64,000 nucleotides of DNA from a virus: positions 1 to 64,000 of IMG/VR virus record IMGVR_UViG_3300027970_000012; one strand, written 5' to 3'. The position numbers were made by a program, and so were the translations under genes. Numbering within the stretch: the first letter of the stretch is position 1; each line of letters begins with the position of its first letter. Of the stretch, positions 28,943 to 36,612 are shown in pieces. A model generated the notes under the pieces. That model worked only from the letters and a program-made list of their open reading frames with translations, was not told the DNA's origin and did no database searches.

Positions 28943-29245
28943 TTATGATAAAGAAAGTGCAAGTTCAATTGCACTTTTAGCTGATGGTAGAGTTGGCCAG
29001 CCTAAATGTAAATTAGCTACATTAAGCTCTTTTTCTGAGGGCCTTCTCATTTGAAATCCAATTAAGTCATCATCAGGAGAACAATTCCACTGAAAGCTAA
29101 TGGGACGAATAAAATAAATTCCAGCGTGAGCAACTACAATGTCCTGTAGGTCAACAAATCCTAATCCACGTAATGCACACTCAAGCTTAAGAGAGTAGCA
29201 TCCATCAATTACTTTAAGTCTACTCGGCATTTGATGTAAAAGCAA
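28943..29245 (-). CDS. Hypothetical protein
   Basis: ORF in operon behind promoter 29635-29663. Confidence 0.6.
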   Translation of the reverse strand: MLLHQMPSRLKVIDGCYSLKLECALRGLGFVDLQDIVVAHAGIYFIRPISFQWNCSPDDDLIGFQMRRPSEKELNVANLHLGWPTLPSAKSAIELALSLS

Positions 29246-29267
29246 GATTTGAAATATTTATTTCAAC

Positions 29268-29549
29268 TCACCAAATAACATCAAAAAGTGGAGGGTCCGT
29301 CCCTGTTAAAATAAATACAATAGCTTCACCTAATTTAAACCCTTCTGAGCTTGAAAACATAAACGTAAGCGGCCATCCGTGTTTACATTCCCAACCACCT
29401 TGACCATAAAAATAAATTAGAGCTGCCCGAGTAGCTAACAGTTCCAACCAATTATCTTGATATGATACTGCAGAAGGTGCTCTAAATTGTACTGGGGAAT
29501 CCTCTTCGGTGTGGACTTCTTTAATTTTATAGTAAAATTTCTTTTCCAT
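29268..29549 (-). CDS. Hypothetical protein
   Basis: 93 aa, GGWECKHGWPLTF. Confidence 0.6.
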   Translation of the reverse strand: MEKKFYYKIKEVHTEEDSPVQFRAPSAVSYQDNWLELLATRAALIYFYGQGGWECKHGWPLTFMFSSSEGFKLGEAIVFILTGTDPPLFDVIW

Positions 29550-29634
29550 ATACTTTAATATGTGGGTAGTGGCTTCAAATCTGGGTCTAATTCAAGAGCA
29601 ATAGCAAACATACTCATTTAGCTTCACTTCGTTC

Positions 29635-29663
29635 ATCCTAGCAGGACTACGAACTCAAGTCAA
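29635..29663 (-). promoter_or_regulatory. sigma70-type early promoter
   Basis: TTGACT-N17-TAGGAT with TGn extension. Confidence 0.7.
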
Positions 29664-29799
29664 GTCTTCCCAATTTGTATTTCTCATTCCCTAGTTCAAT
29701 AATATTCTCTCCATTCTCAGATAAAGCTATCTGTAGTTACTTTCTTAATTTTACATCTGCAAGAATTTCTTTCATTCTATCTGAAATATGAGCTTTCAT
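29647..29799 (-). pseudogene. Small ORF interrupted by in-frame TAA
   Basis: MKAHISDRMKEILADVKLRK*LQIALSENGENIIELGNEKYKLGRLDLSS*; stop at 29737-29739. Confidence 0.5.
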
Positions 29800-29801
29800 A
29801 A

Positions 29802-30506
29802 TTAATACTTCTCTATGGAATACATTCCATTCTTTTCCACAATTGCGGAACAGATATCGCACCAATCACCACAACACATATAAGTGATTGTATCAAATCT
29901 TCTAATATTTGGAACGTGAATGTGCCCACAAATGATTCCATCGTATTTTTCATCTCGTTGAGCACAATATGATGCTATATCAGTCTCATATTGCTGAATA
30001 TATTTTCTTCCGCGAATACTATTCTTAAGTAGACTAATCAGTGAAAACTTCAAATATTTTTCTAAGAAGATATTCAGTGGAGTCACAAATTCATAACCCT
30101 TATTGAAGAGTAATTGCTTCCAGGACCCAGAAGAATACTCAGAATACTTGTCACCATGAACACATAGGAATTTATGTCCAGTTGAATCTATATGAACATA
30201 TTCGTTCACTATATTCAGATTTTTGTACTCAAACTTAGCATATCTACGAATCTGAGCCTCGTGATTTCCTAGAATATAAACTACTTCCGTTCCAGTTTTC
30301 ATTAAATTTAATATCTGATGAATGCACTCAGTATGTTCTCTTCTCCATCTTGTGTTATATTTCTCCATACAGTAGATGTCTACAATATCACCTACTAGCA
30401 CCAATTTTTTAGTTTTGAGTTCCTTTAAAAACTTAAGAAGTTTTTTTGTATTACATCGGTCAGTTCCCAAATGTGAATCTGATATAAAGACTGTATCATA
30501 TTTCAT
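29802..30506 (-). CDS. Calcineurin-like metallophosphoesterase (LpxH/YbbF-like)
   Basis: DSHLG, GDIVD, GNHE, HGD, GHIH, GDW. Confidence 0.88.
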   Translation of the reverse strand: MKYDTVFISDSHLGTDRCNTKKLLKFLKELKTKKLVLVGDIVDIYCMEKYNTRWRREHTECIHQILNLMKTGTEVVYILGNHEAQIRRYAKFEYKNLNIVNEYVHIDSTGHKFLCVHGDKYSEYSSGSWKQLLFNKGYEFVTPLNIFLEKYLKFSLISLLKNSIRGRKYIQQYETDIASYCAQRDEKYDGIICGHIHVPNIRRFDTITYMCCGDWCDICSAIVEKNGMYSIEKY

Positions 30507-31108
30507 AAAATACTGGCTTTTATGTATTTAGTTTTCGGTCTGGCCTGGACCAGAGTAAGTATTTCTACATTTTCAATGTATCGTTTAGCAGTTTCATGAC
30601 GAGTTTCCCCAGGGTACTTACGGGCCACTTGCATAATCAAATCTAAGTATAATGCTTTGTAATCTTTGGTATCTACTGAAGATTCTTTTGATTCAATTAA
30701 CATTGCTTTCGTATTTTGTGGCGAGACTGGAGTAGTCAATACTTTACTCCATTTTTCATAAAGTTCTTCCTTGGTCAAGTGAGTTAGGCCCGTCTCACTC
30801 GTATCTATACATGACATTATTGCCGCGCTTCTTAATCTCTGCTCTCGTGCGAACATGGCACACATCTCTAGACTTTCTCTTCCTTTATCACTCAAAAGAA
30901 CGTCTAGAATATCAACAGACGATACTCCAGAAGAATCTATAGTAACTTTAGGATGATTACGTTTATATTCTTTACGTTCCCATAAGTATTGTTTATATTT
31001 TAATTTAGTTTTTTTAAAAAATTCACCATAACAACAATACCTCTTCTTTTTTGTATGAAAATGCCCAGTAATCATCCGTATCCTCATTATAATATACTTT
31101 AACTCCAT
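30503..31108 (-). CDS. Mosaic hypothetical protein, start uncertain
   Basis: Open frame; N terminus overlaps upstream gene by about 85 nt; alternative ATG at 31029 needs a -1 shift. Confidence 0.55.
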   Translation of the reverse strand: MELKYIIMRIRMITGHFHTKKKRYCCYGEFFKKTKLKYKQYLWERKEYKRNHPKVTIDSSGVSSVDILDVLLSDKGRESLEMCAMFAREQRLRSAAIMSCIDTSETGLTHLTKEELYEKWSKVLTTPVSPQNTKAMLIESKESSVDTKDYKALYLDLIMQVARKYPGETRHETAKRYIENVEILTLVQARPKTKYIKASIL

Positions 31109-31241
31109 CTCCTAACTCATTAACTAGAGAATTTATTTTAGTTACTTCTATCTCATTCTCAAATTGATAAAAATTGCCAATTACGACTTCCATATCTTCT
31201 GAATGCTTTTGGAGTTCTTCAATTAGTGCCTTGAGTTTCAT
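31023..31241 (-). CDS. Small hypothetical phage protein
   Basis: MKLKALIEELQKHSEDMEVVI, a common phage N terminus. Confidence 0.65.
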   Translation of the reverse strand: MKLKALIEELQKHSEDMEVVIGNFYQFENEIEVTKINSLVNELGDGVKVYYNEDTDDYWAFSYKKEEVLLLW

Positions 31242-31253
31242 TCATATTTCCTT

Positions 31254-31619
31254 CTAATGCTTTTTGTTGAAGCTTGAATGATGGTTCCATATATATTTCT
31301 TAAATCTATCTACTATACCCTGACGAACATACCTATCCAGAAGAACAGAGCCGCAATTTGGAGGCATTTCACCCAAAGTATTTTCATAATGATGAACAAA
31401 TAGAGGTTTCCAATGTAGATGATGTTGCATTAAAGCCTCTTTATTTACTTTAATTTTATACTCTAATTCTGGAATTAAGCCATCATTTACGAGGCTACGT
31501 TCCTCAATCTGAATCGCATCGACATCGTCAAAAATATTATATCATGGTATATGAATACCTTCTTTATCTAACTGCTCTTTAACGGAGTCACTAATGTAGA
31601 AGTCTTGATATAGAGTCAT
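31254..31619 (-). pseudogene. ORF interrupted by in-frame TGA
   Basis: MTLYQDFYISDSVKEQLDKEGIHIP*YNIFDD...EALMQHHLHWKPLF...NKKH*; TGA at 31542-31544. Confidence 0.55.
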
Positions 31620-31659
31620 TTTACTTACACTAAAATTAAATTATATAGAAAGAAGTATA

Positions 31660-32358
31660 TTATGTCAAGTGATTGAGGTTGATAAATGACAACACATCCT
31701 CAATTGGTAAAATATCAGTAAGATGTTCGGTCATTCCCCGACCCATGCTCATTTCAGTTAATGGTGACTTGTATTGAGAAAACTCCTTCAAAACTTTCTT
31801 TTCTAAATTCCATATATCTATAGATTTTCCTGACCACTCTCCAATAAGCTCAGACGTTTCCTTTTTACGATATAGCCAACCTTTATATGACCTACCTATT
31901 TTATAATTACCATTGTGAAGTTTTATAAAGTAAAGTTTATCTGGTCTCTCATTATCTTTTGGTCTCTGAAATCCAGACCAAGGTTGCCCATTAGCTGTTA
32001 TTCTTTTTCTTGCTTGGGAATACTTCTCAAGTGTTTCCTTACTATATGGAGTTGAATTTTTTACTCCTTCGGGTCTCCCACCAACTCCAGGACACTTTTT
32101 ACCCTTGTTCCAGGGTGATTTTTGGTGAGCAGGATTATTTTTTCCAAGTTTTGCCTTTCTACCACAACAAGTTTTACTGGTCTTCATACCGCAAACTAGT
32201 ATTTCTCGTTCACCAGAACATTCACAATATACCTTTATCCTTTCTCTTTTTGTATGAGTTCTATTTTCGCCCCTATATTCCAATTTCCTATTTTCACAAA
32301 GCTTATTTAGTATATCAAATGTGTAAGTTCCTTTCATAAAACTCTCATAAGTTTCCAC
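31660..32358 (-). CDS. Free-standing putative homing endonuclease downstream of psbA
   Basis: CECSG..CC Zn-like motif, NUMOD-like GKNNP/PWNKGKK/YSKETLEKYS, C-terminal LYFIK...YKIGRS...LEKKV...TE (GIY-YIG/T5orf172-like); TATAAATA at 32362-32369. Confidence 0.7.
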   Translation of the reverse strand: METYESFMKGTYTFDILNKLCENRKLEYRGENRTHTKRERIKVYCECSGEREILVCGMKTSKTCCGRKAKLGKNNPAHQKSPWNKGKKCPGVGGRPEGVKNSTPYSKETLEKYSQARKRITANGQPWSGFQRPKDNERPDKLYFIKLHNGNYKIGRSYKGWLYRKKETSELIGEWSGKSIDIWNLEKKVLKEFSQYKSPLTEMSMGRGMTEHLTDILPIEDVLSFINLNHLT

Positions 32359-32370
32359 TAGTATTTATAT

Positions 32371-32394
32371 AAAAGGAGCCCACGTGGGCTCCTT
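32371..32394 (-). terminator. Terminator after psbA
   Basis: Palindrome AAGGAGCCCACGTGGGCTCCTT followed by TT, 7 nt after the stop. Confidence 0.8.
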
Positions 32395-32401
32395 ATGAGC
32401 A

Positions 32402-34575
32402 TTACCCAATTGCTGGAGCAGTAAGGGCAATAGAGGTTTCCTTGGTCATAGCAAGGTCTAAAGGAAAATTATGGGCATTCTTATATTTCTTTAGGTTTCT
32501 GGTATTACTACCAGGATTGGACTATATCATCATCATTTCTGATGCCGGACGCTTAAACCTGTTATTAAGAAAACTATATTCCTCAGGTAGTCTCTGAACC
32601 TTTCTTAGATGTATCTAAGACTTGGCTGCTGATTACCCACTTAGGGTTTCCAGCAATTCATCCGATTTAAAGAGCGCAATACCCAAATCTACGCTCGTGC
32701 ATAACTTCCAGTCCCAAGTTTGCCCGATTAAGAACATCAGCCCAGGTATTAATAACGCGGCCCTGATGGTCTAAAATACTCTGATTGAAATTTAGTCCGT
32801 TCAAATTGAACCCAGACATAAAAATACCAGCAGCGGCAAACCATATCCCGATGACAGGTAGAGCAGCCATTACAAAATGCAGTGAACGACTATTGTTAAA
32901 CGATGCATATTGAAACAATAATCTCCCCAGATATCCATGTGCGGAAACTAAATTATAAGTTTCCTGCTCCTGTCCGAACTTATAACCATAGTTCTGGCTC
33001 TCATTCTCTGTTGTTTCTCTAACAAGAGAGCTAGTGACCAATGAACCATGAACTGAACTGACCAGGGCTCCCCCGAATACACCAATAACTCCAAGTTGAT
33101 GAAACGGATTCATAAGAATATTATGTTCAGCCTGAACACTTTACCCAAACTTTCGTAAGGGAGTGGACTATATCATCACCCCATAATGGGGGCAGGGCGC
33201 TTATTCTGGTTATTAAGAGGACTAAACCTCTCCAGTAGTCTCTGAACCTTTTGGAGGTGTACCTCCAACTTGGATGCTGATTTCCATATTATATTGTTCT
33301 TTTAAAAATTGAATAAATTGTTCTTTTGTATTATTACCATACCCATATTTATTGTGAAATTCTTTATGAATTTGCTTTGTTAAAAGAATTCCATTAGTAA
33401 TATCATATCTTAAATCTGGATATGCGTTCCAACCATATAAATGGTGGACCACTAAATCTTTTTTAGACCCGGTGACGCAACAATAACGTCCAACTCTTTT
33501 CCTGACGGCGTTTATCCAAATATAATAATCTGTTGAGGGATTATGAAAATCTCTACTTAATGTACCTTTGAAAGCTGGGTGATGTTTTCCATATACACCT
33601 TTCAAAGAACCTTTTCGCCCAGTTGCCTTTTTACTTAATTTTTGTCTAGTTTGTACAGAAACAAATTTATTAGTATGCAATTCAGAAATTCTTTTCTTTT
33701 TGCAATGTGGGCAACCTGTTTTAGGTGAGTTTTTATAAGACGCTAAAGATGTTTCAAATTCATTATTACAAGTAAAACAAAGAAACTTTATTTTACTTTT
33801 AACGCAAGTATACCCGTCCATAGAAATTAATTTATGATTTCTAGATTCGGCAATATTTTGAATATGCTCAAAAGAAAGTGGTTTACTCATTTAATATCAT
33901 ACTAACATATTTTATTTATATTAGCACAATATTGAAAGACTGCAAATATAACTTAGGGTTCCAGCAGTTCACCCTATTTAGCCAAGGAAATTACTTTCCA
34001 GGAGTGCCTCAAACTGACACTAACATAAAATTAAATTGACCAGAAATTCCTAGAGGAAATCCATCAGAAAACGAACCTTGTGAAATAGGATAGGCTAGAA
34101 AAATTGCAGTTGCAGCAGCTACGGGAGCAGAATATGCAACAAAAATAAATGGACGCATTCCCAATCGGTATGATAATTCCCATTCACGACCCATATAAGC
34201 ATAAATGGCAATCATAAAATGGAAAACAATGAGCTGATATTCACCACCATTATAAAGCCATTCATCAAGAGACTGTGCTTCCCAGATTGGATATAGATGC
34301 AATCCAATAGCATTGGAACTAGGAATTATGGATGCTGTAATTATATTATTTCCATACATTAAAGAGCCAGAGACCGCCTCCCTAATACCATCCAAATCAG
34401 TTGGTGGTGCGGCAATGAACCCCAAAATAAAGCAAGTAGTAGCAACTAAAGCTGTCGGAATCATCAGAACTCCAAACCAACCGATATACAATCTATTATC
34501 AGTTGAGGTTATCCAGGAACAAAATCGTTCCCAGAGATTTTCGCCAGAACGGCGTGTAGCAATTGTAGAAGTCAT
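32402..34575 (-). CDS. psbA: Photosystem II D1, three exons (34575-34017, 33136-32691, 32479-32402), 360 aa
   Basis: Exons join in frame as ...FMLV-F-QAEHN... and ...[15 protein letters not shown]... Confidence 0.97.
32480..32690 (-). mobile_element. Group I intron 2 in psbA (211 nt, no ORF), between R334 and N335
   Basis: 5' exon ends in U, intron ends in G; P1 GAGCGU/GCGCUC with U-G; P10 UGGGUAUU/AAUGCCCA; core AAUUGCUGGAAA, AAUCAGCAGCC, UUCAGAGACUA, GAUAUAGUCC. Confidence 0.95.
33137..34016 (-). mobile_element. Group I intron 1 in psbA (880 nt) within the F186 codon, carrying an HNH gene
   Basis: P1 AGUGU|C...GGCACU with U-G; terminal G; core AACUGCUGGAA, AAUCAGCAUCC, UUCAGAGACUA, GAUAUAGUCC. 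Confidence 0.93.
33222..33890 (-). CDS. Intron-encoded HNH homing endonuclease
   Basis: CFTC...CPHC Zn finger, NUMOD3-like segment, VVHHL...NGILL...HKEFH; late promoter 33914-33921. Confidence 0.9.
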   Translation of the reverse strand: MSKPLSFEHIQNIAESRNHKLISMDGYTCVKSKIKFLCFTCNNEFETSLASYKNSPKTGCPHCKKKRISELHTNKFVSVQTRQKLSKKATGRKGSLKGVYGKHHPAFKGTLSRDFHNPSTDYYIWINAVRKRVGRYCCVTGSKKDLVVHHLYGWNAYPDLRYDITNGILLTKQIHKEFHNKYGYGNNTKEQFIQFLKEQYNMEISIQVGGTPPKGSETTGEV

Positions 34576-34589
34576 AAGTTAACAAGTAA

Positions 34590-34705
34590 AATGTGTTCAG
34601 GGGAATGAACAATACAGTATTTTCACGCTACCCTCAGGCGTGAATATGAGAGACGTATTTGAATTGCTCATAAGTCTCGGTGAAGCAATAGAAGCCTTTG
34701 TCAGC
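34590..34705 (-). ncRNA. Structured psbA 5' leader, PhotoRC-II-like
   Basis: CCGAGAC...AAAUACGUCUCUCAUA, hairpin UUCACGC-CUGAGGGUA-GCGUGAA, downstream UGUUCA-UUCCCC-UGAACA; family call from recall. Confidence 0.55.
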
Positions 34706-34714
34706 CTTCCAACA

Positions 34715-34749
34715 TATTTATACTAGCAGATGTTACGTTTTGTTACAAT
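34715..34749 (-). promoter_or_regulatory. Composite psbA promoter: host-type -35/-10, late box and HLR1-like direct repeat
   Basis: TTGTAA-N17-TAGTAT; TATAAATA 34715-34722; plus-strand GTTACGTT-TT-GTTACAAT 34732-34749. Confidence 0.6.
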
Positions 34750-34761
34750 GAGTAGAATTAC

Positions 34762-35466
34762 TCAGTCCTTCCGCAACCGATAAGGAATTGTGATTTCCTG
34801 CCATCTATTTTCTATTAGATTCAAGTATGAATCTTTACTACAGGTTCCCCAAGGATAATATCCCAATGACCATCCATCATTCACTTCTACTAAAAGCAAA
34901 TCTGCATCTTTAGTATGACCAACATCAAGACTATACCCAATGGGAGAATCTTTGTAATCTTGAACAATTTGATTCACTTTAGATACATCAATTGTATCAT
35001 TCGGGCCATCATCATACTGTGAGTATCCTAAAATTTTATTTTCAAGAACATAAAATCTAAATTCAGAGGTGAATTCTACTGGGTCAGATACCCACACTGA
35101 AGTGTCTGAATGTATTTCTAACTCTAATTCAGACTTAATATCTCCAGTAAAAGATTTATTTTCTTTTGGTTTAACGAAAAGATGGTCTTCTACTTCTCCA
35201 AATACAGAACTCCAAACATTTCGGTTTAAGTATTTCTGTAAAGACTTTGGATAGTTGATTGGCTTAGGGCAGGTAATGTTCATTACTTCAAAATACTTCT
35301 GAACATACTCAACCGAGCCAATGGGTATGGGTAGATATTCCCCGATGGATTTTGCATCCAAATCTTCATAAGAAATATAAGAGAAGCTATCACTTGCACT
35401 AGAAATAACTACAAATTTTTCTGTGGGTAATATATCTCCTGGCTGTAAAATATAACTAGACATCAT
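34762..35466 (-). CDS. ATP-grasp domain protein (R2K/DUF4343-like)
   Basis: PIGSVEYV, LFVKP, EFRFYV, SLDVG, LVEVNDGWSLG. Confidence 0.8.
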   Translation of the reverse strand: MMSSYILQPGDILPTEKFVVISSASDSFSYISYEDLDAKSIGEYLPIPIGSVEYVQKYFEVMNITCPKPINYPKSLQKYLNRNVWSSVFGEVEDHLFVKPKENKSFTGDIKSELELEIHSDTSVWVSDPVEFTSEFRFYVLENKILGYSQYDDGPNDTIDVSKVNQIVQDYKDSPIGYSLDVGHTKDADLLLVEVNDGWSLGYYPWGTCSKDSYLNLIENRWQEITIPYRLRKD

Positions 35467-35473
35467 CTACTCC

Positions 35474-36142
35474 TCAAAACTCAAAACTACTATCACTGTC
35501 TAATCCAATCCAGTATGTTAAATCATGATTTTGATTTCTAAATTCTGCTATCAATTCTTTAGAAACATTTACAATATAATTCCCAGGAATGATTTTAACA
35601 TTCTCAATTTTAAAATTAAGAGAGAAGTCATCATTAGTTTCGCCTACCAATACTGCAACTTCATTTGAGGACGAGTTTTCTTTATCTCTCACCTTCACAT
35701 TAATCTCACCATTCTCTCCTACAATAGATAGGTCAGGAAGAGAAAAAATATTGGAAGATTTTACAAGTTTTTCATATTGTTCGGTAGTCAACTCAAAAGA
35801 AACATCGGTTGAAGGAAGTTTGATGTCTCTATCTTCTGGATAGAAAATTAGAGACGGGTCAGTTAATCTATATGTAATTTTATGCCTGCCTTCTTTAATG
35901 ATTACACAATTATTCTTACTAAAATCTAAACTTGGTTGGTCATAAATCTTGAGCCCATTCAAAAATTGATTTAGGTCATAGAGTGCAAAAGAAGTTTCAA
36001 ATTCATCTCCAATCTTAGCCTTAGCAGCAATATTTCCAGAAACAGAGATAGTTCTGAGAACATTTCCTTCCCGAATATAAATGCTAGAATTGATTGCTGA
36101 GAAATTTCTCAGAATTGCAATTGTATTTGGAGAAATATTCAT
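35474..36142 (-). CDS. g45: Sliding clamp gp45
   Basis: LRNFSAINSSI, FALYDLNQFL, FKIENVKIIPGNY. Confidence 0.95.
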   Translation of the reverse strand: MNISPNTIAILRNFSAINSSIYIREGNVLRTISVSGNIAAKAKIGDEFETSFALYDLNQFLNGLKIYDQPSLDFSKNNCVIIKEGRHKITYRLTDPSLIFYPEDRDIKLPSTDVSFELTTEQYEKLVKSSNIFSLPDLSIVGENGEINVKVRDKENSSSNEVAVLVGETNDDFSLNFKIENVKIIPGNYIVNVSKELIAEFRNQNHDLTYWIGLDSDSSFEF

Positions 36143-36561
36143 AGTGGCTTAAACTCATCAAGGCCATTTTCAAGTCTAGAGTAATGCTCATCGAAATGCA
36201 ACAACAACATTGCATAATGAATCACCTTCATAATATCTTTTTTATTTCTCCCATTTTTCTCCCCATAACGAGAAGCATACTTAAGAATGGATGCTTGACA
36301 AAATGGTACTGCGAGATTCTTCACTCCCATAAGGTCTATAGTTTGGATATTCCTATCTTCAGTATCTGTCCCAGTGTAATGCCCACTATAAGTTGAAATT
36401 ACGTAATCTTTAATATCCTTAAGAATTTTGTCCTCACTATACTTCCACATTGGAATATAAAATTCATTTGATATAGTGGGAGGTGCAGTATAATACTGTG
36501 AGCTTGTTCCCGAAAGTAAGATATCTGGGTTAGGATAGTCTCCTATTGAGGCTTCGGTCAT
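36139..36561 (-). CDS. Conserved hypothetical protein (DUF3310-like)
   Basis: TYSGHY, ILKYASRYGEKNG...DIMKVIHY. Confidence 0.7.
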   Translation of the reverse strand: MTEASIGDYPNPDILLSGTSSQYYTAPPTISNEFYIPMWKYSEDKILKDIKDYVISTYSGHYTGTDTEDRNIQTIDLMGVKNLAVPFCQASILKYASRYGEKNGRNKKDIMKVIHYAMLLLHFDEHYSRLENGLDEFKPL

Positions 36562-36583
36562 AATTTATCGTCGTAGTTAGTGT

Positions 36584-36612
36584 ATTTTACACAGTATTCA
36601 CCGCTAAGTCAA
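36584..36612 (-). promoter_or_regulatory. sigma70-type early promoter
   Basis: TTGACT-N17-TAAAAT with TGn. Confidence 0.75.

Noticed and set aside
32667-34575. ORF-track fragments of psbA as a pseudogene or split gene
   Set aside because: Both gaps have group I cores, P1/P10 pairings and U/G boundaries; removing them restores a 360-aa frame.
32402-34575. Calling the D1 a chlorophyll f synthase or rogue D1
   Set aside because: All Mn4CaO5 ligands and the A344 processing site are present, which those classes lack.
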